Assembly (NCBI GenBank): GCA_965645245.1
Contig: OZ287070.1
Location: 2,046,001-2,110,000, forward strand
Length of the DNA stretch: 64,000 nucleotides
DNA from: Massalongia carnosa
Taxonomy: Eukaryota
Direction of reading: 5' to 3'
A program made the position numbers and the translations under genes. The notes under the pieces are model-generated. The model was given only the letters and a program-made list of their open reading frames with translations. It did no database searches and had not been told where the DNA came from. Every line of letters begins with the position of its first letter. The stretch's first letter is position 1. Of the stretch, positions 54,258 through 64,000 are shown piece after piece.

Positions 54258-55585
54258 CACGCGGGGGACAAAAAAAAAACTACACCAAAATTTAACCGGG
54301 TTCAACCCCCCACCAAAACACAAGCAATTTCCATACAGTTTTGATGGGATAATCACCATTTCAACAACCAGTCATCCAATTCATTCAATCTATTCAATAA
54401 CCAGTCATTTTACCCTCACCATCCAAAACAGCTCTCAATCTATCTGGCATAGTAGACACCCGTTCATTGATAAATGCCTGGGAAACGTTCGCCCACCCCT
54501 CATAAATTAGCCCCTTGGTCGTATCATCATCCCAATGAGGATATTTTTTTAAATATTGCTTCGGGGCCTGCCAGCAATTTTCTATGGGGGCCAAATCAGG
54601 TGAACATGGACAGTTGAAATAGTGCTTCAGATCGTTGTTCTGCTTCCAAGTGCGTACAATGTTTGATTTGCCTGGTCCATGTCCAGAATCACCGTCTTCT
54701 TCTAAGACGAAATCGTGTTTTGCTTCAATCCAGGGCTTCACAATAGGCTCCAATATAGAGTCGATATAGACTCGTTGACTCATCTTTCCATTGGAGTTTC
54801 CAGGAACTCTGTAAAAGTAGATATCTGACTTGAAGTCATGACCTGCAGCAGCCCAACAGTGATGTCTCTTCTTGACGGCCTCGTCTGGTTCATCTGCTTC
54901 TTGAATACAATCATGACAATAACGTTCACCTAATCTTCGTATGATGCGTAATTTGCCCTGAGGTCCCCATCCAAAGTGCACTTCGTCACTAAATCGAACT
55001 TGTTTCCAGTCTTCTGCATTTGGATATCTAGAAAGCATAGCATCTGACCACTTCATACGAAGCTTTCTTGTCTTCTCGTTCACCCATCCCTTTCTGCACG
55101 CAATGCATTTGTGATAATCCATGGTGCCCATGATTCGTTGAATGGTTTTGCCACTGCAGTCTAGGCCTACTTCGAAGCCCAATTGCTCCCATGTAAGAGC
55201 GCGCGCCTCCATACCTTCTTCTTCCAATAGCCGTTCCATTTCTCTAATCAATTTAGGCGTAACAATTTTGTGACGCCCACGAACTTCAGAAACATCGGAA
55301 TTATTATGATGACGGCGTGATGAGGCTCCTTCACGCAGGTATGCATAGCCCCTCGTACGTTCCACATCAAATGTGCGAATAACATCCTCTTTGTGATAGG
55401 AAATGCCTTGCTTTTCGCAAAATTCAACGGCTCCCTGAATTTTAGCTTTGGTAGGAGTCTCGATATGTTTAGAATTCATAATAATGATAATTATCCCATC
55501 AAAATCGTATGTAAATTGCTTGTGTTTTGGTGGGGAGTTGAGCCCGGTTAAATTTTGGTGTAGTTTTTTTTTTGTCCCCCGCGTG
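54258..55585 (-). mobile_element. Intact Tc1/IS630-like DNA transposon, 1328 bp, ~103-bp TIRs, flanked by 5-bp direct repeat CCGTC
   Basis: TIRs at 54258-54360 and 55483-55585 (first 43 bp identical, 7 mismatches in 103), starting CACGCGGGGGACAAAAAAAAAAC; CCGTC at 54253-54257 and 55586-55590. Confidence 0.95.
54394..55479 (-). CDS. Tc1-like DDE transposase, DD37E, 361 aa, intronless and uninterrupted
   Basis: WKQVRFSDEVHF (D1), LEEDGDSGH (D2), SPDLAPIENCW (E, with 37 residues between D2 and E); N-terminal HTH-like region with a GRHK linker. Confidence 0.93.
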   Translation of the reverse strand: MNSKHIETPTKAKIQGAVEFCEKQGISYHKEDVIRTFDVERTRGYAYLREGASSRRHHNNSDVSEVRGRHKIVTPKLIREMERLLEEEGMEARALTWEQLGFEVGLDCSGKTIQRIMGTMDYHKCIACRKGWVNEKTRKLRMKWSDAMLSRYPNAEDWKQVRFSDEVHFGWGPQGKLRIIRRLGERYCHDCIQEADEPDEAVKKRHHCWAAAGHDFKSDIYFYRVPGNSNGKMSQRVYIDSILEPIVKPWIEAKHDFVLEEDGDSGHGPGKSNIVRTWKQNNDLKHYFNCPCSPDLAPIENCWQAPKQYLKKYPHWDDDTTKGLIYEGWANVSQAFINERVSTMPDRLRAVLDGEGKMTGY

Positions 55586-56966
55586 CCGTCTAAGCTCCTT
55601 CGGATTAGCGTTCTTGCTGACTAACATTGCTGAAATAGCACTAGCTGCGTAGTTAGCCTATTAACCCGAAGGGGCTTAACGTTCTTTAAGGCTAATCCAA
55701 AGGGGGTTAGTTAGGCACGTCTAAGGCAATAGAGCACTCCCTGCATTGTTCGCTACCTCCCCTGACGCAAGGAGATAACTGTAAGGTAGATCAACAAAAG
55801 AGTTGTGCAGATCAAAGTCTATTTCTTTATTTTAGGATGCATACAGAGTAATAAGACGCGAATCCACCACAATCTTTGGCCTTATCTGATTCTGGTAACC
55901 CAGCAAAGTTAAACCCCAAACAGAATATTGAATCTCTGCAATGCCAATCATGAAGGTTAAACTAAATTCGAGATCGATCCATAGCGAGGAAGCGAAAATA
56001 AAGGTATTTGGTACTTTTACTTTCGATGTATCAAAAGTTATTATGAATGGAGTTTTGCTCTCCGAATCTACCCTAGGTTGTTCCTAAAGCTCGAAGATTT
56101 CGGTTAAATTGAGATTTGAGGTATTGCTTGATCGGGGCTCGACGCAATGCTGAAGTAAGTAATTTGTGGAATGGAGTTCTCTATGAATAGAGGCATGATT
56201 GATAATGAGCTGAATAGCTCAACTTAAATTACTGGAGGAATCTCTTTCCCGCGCAAGGTTGCCTTGATAAGCTCGAAGCATCTTCCTAGACAACTCTTAG
56301 AGCCAGCGTGGGCGGACTGCTAATGCCACCACAACTTCCAGTGTTGCTATCCGGCAGATTTTTCACGCAGGTTCCCGTTTGCAGTGTGACAATGATCCGA
56401 TCACACATTATCTCCATGGATAAAGCGTTCTTCTCTTATAGAGCGGCTTACCGAAGATGACTGCAGTTGATTTGTATCTAAGTTTCCAAGGTTTTAGATG
56501 GTGCCTTAATACCGCCAATAAGTATTTGGAGATAAGAATCTCCTTTTCGCTGTTAGAGCGGCTCGGTAGATTAGAGAAAGCATCCACGACTTGTTTCTTC
56601 CTGTGCTGTTGTTCTGGAACCAAAGACGATAGTTTTCTTTCCGGCATGATGTATACTTTTGATTGTCAAAAAATGAGACAGATAGACGCATAATGACCGT
56701 TCCTTCTACATATGCCTTATGTGCATCGGCCGTCGGAAATGAATGGCTATTCGCGCTGATTCCTCTAGTAGTGTGGCTCCTCCGGGCAATGATCCTTTGT
56801 TGTGCATATTCTGTACAACGCAGGCACTAAATTAGGTATAGGCAAAGCAACTTCTCGTTCTCGAAGGCGAGTCTGTAAGATTATCTGTTGCTGAAACCCA
56901 GGAAGCTCTTTGAGGCAGCAGTAGAGAACAGCATGAAAATGTTGCTAGCTGCGTCCCCCAGCCGAT

Positions 56967-58221
56967 TCATCCATTCCTTCGGCGGCAAAGTGCAGCCACA
57001 ACGCTGATATCGTCCAGTTTTCCTGTCTCATACTCAATAAAAAATCGTGAAGAGCGAATATACACACTTACCTCCTTCCATAGCTAGGCCCTCCTCTACA
57101 GCTCTTTCCATGAAAGGACTTTCCGCAAATGGATCTTCTGCGATCACTCTAGCAGCCTTCATTAGCTCTTCAGCCACAAAGACCATTCCGCCTCCTGCTC
57201 CATCTGTGCGATCTCCCCTACTTTCACCGCCTTCTCCAGATTCCCATTTCTTAATACTCTTCACTACTGTCTGTACCACCTCATATTCCCAGAGATTATC
57301 AATGACACCGTCAGACATTGCGAGGACTACATCATTCTCCTTTAGATCGACTTTATCCATCACCGCATCTGAATTCGGGGTATCAGGACTGTTTGTGCCA
57401 AGCTGACGTGGGCAATCAAACCAATGCCACTGTTCGGTGGTCTTGTATATGAGTTTTTCCTCTCGGGGGCGAAGGACTAAGATCTGAGAATCGCCGAGGT
57501 TAGTAACGTATAGCTTCGGTATTGAAGAGAGGTTCGTAGTGTCGTGATGGAGAAGAGCAGCACAGGCAGTGGTAGTCCCATGCCACTCGTTGGGAGACGA
57601 AGTAGCCAAGAGTGTCTGTTCGTATGCTCTTTGTAAGTACCCCACAGGATTAGGCTCCGCCGATGCAGTTGTTGGCGATTTCACAGCAGAATCACGCTCG
57701 GCTTCTAAAGCCCAGAAATGTAAGATCAATCTTGACCACAACCTGCAGGATTCAGCTTCACTCGCGTTTACGCCAAGTGTCCAACCGCTATCTTACGCAG
57801 CATGCCCTTTCTCCCTTGAAGCCCACGCCCCTACTCCGTCGTTGGCCCCAATGAAAGTTTCCCCGACCAGTACTGCATCGTCGCCGTTCGTAATACCTCT
57901 TATTATCTCGCCGTTAATGTACGGGCGACGATCTCTGCTCTGATTATGAGTGCTTAATGGATCGGAAAAGGATCTAGATGGCATAGAGAGGAAAGGCGGT
58001 GGGAAAGGACGGGATGGTCGTTTGGCAAATAGAGCGTACCCGGTATCGAAGTAGAATGGGGAGTTCGAAGGTTCAAGGTTCGTGTTATCTGAAAAAGGTG
58101 TTCTTGTACTGGCGCTGGAAAAGGTCGAGGTGGATACCCATCGTGGCGGAGGGGAAGATTGTGGGCGAAAAAGACTCTTTAAGAGACCCGATGACGATGC
58201 CAATGATTTGAAGATTCGCAT
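56967..58221 (-). CDS. PTC7: PP2C-family phosphatase, Ptc7/Azr1 type, with a probable mitochondrial presequence
   Basis: GDDAVL, GANDGVGAW, GTTTAC, TNLGDS, EQWHWFDCPRQLG, AMSDGVIDNLW, GGKLDDISVV; Arg/Ser-rich N-terminus. Confidence 0.9.
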
Positions 58222-58948
58222 ACCAGCTTCGGCGAGAGTCTTTGATCGGCGAGTAGAGCATGCGACTTCACATAGGAGGTTTAATAAAAGTAAAGAGAAT
58301 GAATTGAGGATAATTCCTCATGGCTGCTGTCCAAAGCATATTCTCCTTATATGCGGAGTAAAGTGGCCGACCTGTAGGTGTGGCGCAGTTATGTACGTGA
58401 GGTTTGTAGTTGGAAGGCGAGGGATCTTTCCTATCGATGACGTTTGTTCCCCGCCAAATGCTGATCTACAAGTTGGTTTTTCTTGTGCTCATCCACTCAA
58501 TTCTCACTCAATCACAACTTTTCAGGAAAGGGGCGGAGATGTATCGCTCAACTAGCCAGTGCCATTGAGCCCTCATAACTACTGCTGCTGCCTCTTTGCA
58601 GGAACATAAAAGCGGGGAAAGATGATTACTCAAAGCCTTCCTTGACGGAAACTGTCTTTATTATCAAATATATCATTCCAGCCTATAATCCAGATATTCT
58701 CCACACACTCCCAAGTTTAAACGCAATCATCCTTGAAGAATTGCGAGGATATAAGATTATTTTTGTTTCATTATACGCTAGCAGTATTGGGATTGCTATG
58801 TTTAGGAAGTACCTAAGGCCACGGGGTGTTTTGCTAATGAAGATGTCCCGCTTTCTACAACATAACATCCTATCTCGAGTACTTAATTACCAAACAGCTT
58901 TGTTGCTGGTTAAGTAAGCTTGAAGAAACAAAAAAGTAAGGAAGCCTC

Positions 58949-59021
58949 TAATCGTGCCACACCACCAGTAATCGTTTTTAGTAAGCGAAAACGATGGTGG
59001 CACAGTGGTGTGGCACGATTA
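58949..59021. repeat. 73-bp fold-back element, possibly a tiny MITE with TA ends
   Basis: 17-bp perfect inverted repeat TAATCGTGCCACACCAC / GTGGTGTGGCACGATTA plus inner stem ATCGTTTT / AAAACGAT. Confidence 0.7.
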
Positions 59022-60179
59022 ACCTATAGAGGAAACTTGATGAAATAAACCAAAAAGTCCCATATTCGATGTAAACATGTAGCTAACATATAGTTTTAGA
59101 ATGAGTCTGTCGTAGTTATGTACAAAGTCAGTTTCTCGATAGCCATATTCTCATTCTAGCGGGTATGTAAATAGATCCTATCATATTCCGAGATATTTTC
59201 CGTAGAACAATGCTTTGATCAAAAATACCACCTGCCCACACGGAGTAACTCGTCCAAAAAACCAACGCAATGAACTGTCAAGCTTGTTGCTTTGACGCAT
59301 GCAGACGTGCCTTTTCATCTGAGGCCGAAAAAGACCTAGGGATTATCTTCCGCCAAGCGTCGTCGTCAGCTTTCGGCTGACGGAGTTGTGCAACATGAGC
59401 GATTAACAAAAAGCTCAAGCAAAGAGACGGAAGTAGAAGTAGTCTGTAACAAAAGGCATGTCTTCCAACCCACTGACGCTCATGTAGTAGCAACCCTAGG
59501 TATGAAAGGAGTATTGAGGTTTAGGAGGTTGAGCCTGATGTGGCACTGACAGGAAGGGTAATGAAGGTTCTCTCTCTGTACAGAGGACAAGGCACAGTGT
59601 ACAACGCATGGAGTACCTTGTACTCTGTAGTAAGAGCGAATCCCCCTGAGGAGTGATGACGTTGCATTAATTAACCCAAACGAGCTAAACGACTCTGAAC
59701 GATTTTCTTGGTTGTGCAGGTCAAGGAACAAATTGTTCATCCAATAGAGCTCTCGGTACTCTGTACAGAATACAGACTACTACTCGGTACTCTCTACCTT
59801 TGAAGGCATGTACCTACCTACTCTGGATGAAGTACTCTGTACATAAATAGCAACTAGGGTCCCCAATCCAATAACCACCTTCCCTTCCCTACATCAGTGT
59901 GTATGCATCGAAACAATTGTTAATATTCATGGCTTATTCACCTTCACCCTCACTTTCACCTTCCCCTTTTCTTTGCCTTTGGAGCACCAAAATCTTTGCT
60001 CTTTAACCCAAACAGCCACTTAAACCTCTGGGAACCTCCTAATAATGAGCCTAGTGTTTAATCCCTTACAGTCCTAGGATAACCTCGCAATTTGAGCCTC
60101 AGCTTACTGACACTCTTGGACTTCGTTGAGAGTTACGCCAGGGTACAATCTTAAGTCGTCTCCGATTCTGCAGTACGAG

Positions 60180-63100
60180 ATGGGACGTTCTAGAGGTAGG
60201 CCATGTAAAACTAGCCGAAGATTTTGCATGCTGATCCCCTTGCATAGTTCTGTCGTTCATGTCGGCTTTTGGGGGACCCCCAAAATCCCCTACAACAACG
60301 TCATCGCCATCAAAACAGCCGCCACCACAGCCTCAAGAAACCATATCTTCATCCTCTCCGCAGCACAATGCTGGGCCGGCGCAAGACTCCCCAACACCGA
60401 TTAAAACCAGAACGGAGCGTTCTACCTCGCGGCCTATATCACTTGTCCAAGCGTATCAACCTCCGCTAATGGAAATCGCTCAAGATACGATCCCAGAACT
60501 ACAGCCGATCTTTACCTTTCTGAACAGCCATTCCAACAAACTATACCAGGAAGGTTATTTTCTAAAGCTTAATGATCTTGATTCGCGTATGTCAGAAAGC
60601 TAGATACTATCGATAATTAGCCATGCTAAATTTTTTCGTAGAGGGGCGACCCAATGCCGATCGGTCGTGGACGGAATGCTTCGCTCAGCTTGTTGGTACA
60701 ATACTGTCTTTATGGGATGCCGCTGCGCTCGATGCTGCAGGGGAGGATGGGGAAGTAGCGCCAAAATTCATCAACCTCGCAGACGCCTCCATAAAGATGG
60801 TACGTTCAAGATAGGATTCTTTGTGAAAAATACGTTGTAACCATTTCTTGCAGATTGAAACCTTGCCTACGCGATCACAAGATGTCCAGCCGCTCCAGAA
60901 CGTTCTAAGCATCTCCACGGCTGGCAAGAATCGATATTTGTTCCATTTTAATTCTTTGCATTCTCTTACGCAATGGACCGCTGGGATCAGATTGGCTATG
61001 TTTGAGCATGCAACCCTTCAAGAAGCATATACAGGTTCTCTCATCGCAGGCAAAGGAAAATCGCTAAACAATATCAAAGTCATTATGGAGAGAACTAGAA
61101 TGAAGACGGGAGACTGGACAAGAGTTCGCTTTGGGGCTGGGACTCCTTGGAGGCGTTGCTGGTGCGTGATATCACCTCCGGATGAGAAAGAAGTCCAGAA
61201 ACAGCAAAAGTCCTTGAAGAAAAAGTCTGCATATGAACGGCCGGCTCAGTCTCTGAAAGGAGATATTAAGTTCTACGATACGAAAAAGACTAAAAAGACT
61301 CAGCCAATTGCCACAATCAACGACGCTTATTCAGCTTACGCAATATATCCACAATCAAAGCCCCTTATAGATCAATCCACTTTGGTAAAGGTTGAAGGAA
61401 GTATCACAATCCATTCTGTTCCAGAAACCACTACTGAGGGGTTTGTTTTTGTGATGCCTGAGGTTCACCCTGCAGTTACTGGTTTTGAGATGATGCTAAG
61501 GTGGCTTTTTCCTCTCTACGATGTTTTTGCATTATATGGACGACCTAATCGTCTTATCGCCGATACGCTGGATGTAAGGAGCTTGATGTTTGCATTGCCT
61601 CAAGAGCGACGATACGGCTACCTTGAGATTCTTGACGTAGCAACTTTAATCCATGAAAGCGGTAGCCAAATGTGGAAGGACCAGGAATGGAGAGCTAGGC
61701 TGAAAGATTTAACCTCTTCTCGAATCGCGAAAATGCAAGCAAATGGAAGCCGACAGAGAAGCAGGGCGAGCAGTTATCGTGGAAATAGAAATAGCCTTCC
61801 TTCCCGTGCCGGAACTCTCCGTTATGAAGATGGTGCATCTATTCGTTCGACGCCATCATTACACAACGATGCGGCTCCACCTCTTCCTATCCATAGACAA
61901 GGATCTGTTCTACTAGGAGAAAACGCAATTCAAACTCCCGAACGCTCTACGTCTCGACATCAAAGATCAGCCTCCGAAGCTGTGCCATTCTCCACCCCCC
62001 GGCAGCAACGTTCGCAGCGAATCATCCCAGATAATCAGGCAATTTATACGCCGTCAAGGTTGTCATATGAAGCTGCTCCGTCGAATCAAGCTTCCGAAGC
62101 TATTCCCCCGTTACCACCAGTACATGGTGTACCGATAGATTTGGTGAACCAAAACCCTCAAATCCAAAGATATGAACCTGAACTAGATGGTACGCAAGAT
62201 CGTAGTAGCTCCGAGAGTGATAGGCGAGTTAGAAGCCTCGGAGAGCGTGATGCGCAAGAGATTCGTCAAGATCTTGGACCTGCTCCACCTCCGGCACCTG
62301 TCGTTGCTCCCCCTGCATTTGCACATGAGGCGGGAGCGAAACCTCACAAGAGACCCCAGGCATCCCCAGAGCTTCGCCGTGCTAATAGCAGAATGTCAAT
62401 GAACACCCTTTCACAATTAGCCGATGCAGGGCAACTCGGCCATAGCGAAAGTGCGGCTACCTCAGGGCCAATGCTGTGGGATACAGATGGACAAGGGAGG
62501 AGTCAAAGTTACTTGCAATCTCATGCTCAACCGGGCGAGGACGGGAGCGGGGCAAGGAACGTGGGATATTCGGAGGATAGGGGGCAACGAGGGGTAATTG
62601 ACGACGCTGGCAAGAGTGGGACAAATGCTGATCATTCTTCTACTCTTGAAGGGATGGCAGTAACAATTCCTGGTCGCTCAGCCCCAAAACGTCGGCAATC
62701 CGCATTTCTTTCAGCTGATACAAGTCAGCATGATCAACACCAAAACTCTTACCTGGATCGGCAGACCATGCCTACGCAAGACTCGCTTCATCCGACCAGT
62801 ACTTGTCTAGAAAATTATATGTCTTCAGCACCGAATTCTACCTACTCTAACACAATCATTTCGTCCCCGTCTAAGGCGGGTCAACCGAGAAACTCCTCTA
62901 CTAATATGTATCAGAATGGCTCTACAACTAACTCCAGAGCCCCGGTAGCGGATGCTACGCCACTTCCACCTATCCCTATCGCAGGTCAGCGCCCCGAACC
63001 CTACCGCTTGAGCACCAGCCATAGCATCACAAGAAAACCGCTCCCCTCAAAGCTACAGTCTCCAGTTTCTGACCCTCCTTCACCTACTTCAAGGTCAAGC

Positions 63101-64000
63101 TTAGAAAGCCTGCGCGAATGTTTCGTAGATGCAGACGCTCTAGACCAGATCATTCCTCGCGAATCGGATCGCTCGTATACCATGGACAGTAAATATGACC
63201 ATCACCTAGGCGAACATGAAAGTGTTTACGACAACGACTCTACAGTCTCCCCGGATTATGCGAGCACACGCAGATCAACTGAGACGAAACGCTCGAAAGC
63301 GTCGGTGGAAAGGCCTCGGGCTGGAGTTCTAAAGACTGTAGGTATTGTTGAACCTGTACGGAGTGAAGTATTGGTTGGTGACACGCGATATGGATCTGGG
63401 GTGGCGGTTCCGCAAACAAAGCCTGCCATACCAAGCGTCGATTTCGGACCTACTCCAATTTATAGACCCGGAACCAGTAGCCGCGCCTCTACTGCTGGAG
63501 TTCTAATGCAACCCACTCATGAGAGGTCAAAATCAGATAGAATGACACCGAGCCCGCGAAATCAGAGTCCACCCAATGTCCCCAGTACTAGCGATAGCTA
63601 TCCTTCAGAACGGTTGATCGAATCATATGAACGATCTCCAAGCCGCAATCTTACTACGCCGGATGGGGGGCGCCGGACTCCTGGTGGAATAGACAACGAA
63701 CATCGAAGGAGTGTTGCTTGGCAGCCTGGCGCAACAATAGGCAGTGGGAGCCCTAGTGGCCGCCAGCCCATAACACCAGAGCAGTTCGTGCAGCAGCGTG
63801 CGGCGGCAAGTCGGATCACCCCGGTTTATGCCCATGGGAGGAAAGCCTCCGGCCAAGGTACTCCACCAACAGTATCGAGAAATTCTTCCGGCGAGTGGCC
63901 TATCCAACCGCATAGCCGGCAAGTTTCGTTATCCAAAGAAGCGCCAGTTCGCCCACAATCCCGCGGGACAACAATCTCTATGAATCCCTCTGGGGACTAC
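60180..64000 (+). CDS. PH-domain protein, Skg3/Caf120-like; 3' end beyond the window
   Basis: MGRSR|VLSF, DTIPELQPIFTFLNSHSNKLYQEGYFLKLNDLD, WTECFAQLVGTILSLWDA, VRFGAGTPWRRCWCVI, AYAIYPQSKPLID; frame open from ~60854 to the window end. Confidence 0.88.

Larger units (their letters stand above)
54248..55720. mobile_element. Older ~140-bp MITE with ACGT-starting TIRs, interrupted by the Tc1-like element
   Basis: Removing 54258-55590 restores the left end ACGTGCCGTCTAAGCTCCTTCGGATTAGC, which is an imperfect inverse of the right end GCTAATCCAAAGGGGGTTAGTTAGGCACGT; an extra internal copy of the repeat lies at 55661-55678. Confidence 0.6.

Noticed and set aside
54258..55585. Classifying the element as Transib/CMC because of its CAC ends and 5-bp TSD
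   Set aside because: The protein motifs (FSDE, SPDLAPIENCW) and 361-aa size are Tc1/IS630-type, not Transib/RAG1-like
55850..56700. Short ORFs next to the transposon as cargo or a second element
   Set aside because: They lie outside the TIRs and have no recognisable domain
1..64000. tRNA, rRNA or spliceosomal snRNA genes
   Set aside because: No cloverleaf with A/B boxes or recognisable rRNA/snRNA sequence found by eye; a tRNAscan/Infernal run is needed to exclude them

Overview
Gene-dense, intron-containing DNA from a filamentous ascomycete (Pezizomycotina; GT-AG introns with CTRAY branch points). It holds 18 apparently intact cellular genes: a HAK/KUP K+ transporter, a Nak1/Kic1-like STE20 kinase, RRN3, PRP16, PWP1, a conserved hypothetical, DUF726, an RTC4-like gene, TMEM14, OST2/DAD1, a class I methyltransferase, ARO8, HAP3, prefoldin 2, CMC2, UTP23, PTC7 and a Skg3/Caf120-like PH protein that runs off the window end. 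There are two clear pseudogenes (GH2 beta-mannosidase and a fungal AAA+ ATPase) and several small DNA-transposon relics. The most striking object is an intact 1328-bp Tc1/IS630-type DD37E transposon with ~103-bp TIRs starting CAC. It is flanked by a 5-bp GC-rich direct repeat (CCGTC) instead of the TA duplication expected for this superfamily, and it sits inside the terminal repeat of an older ~140-bp MITE, ~190 bp upstream of UTP23. All product calls come from motif recognition by eye; no database searches were run. Coordinates of spliced genes span start to stop.
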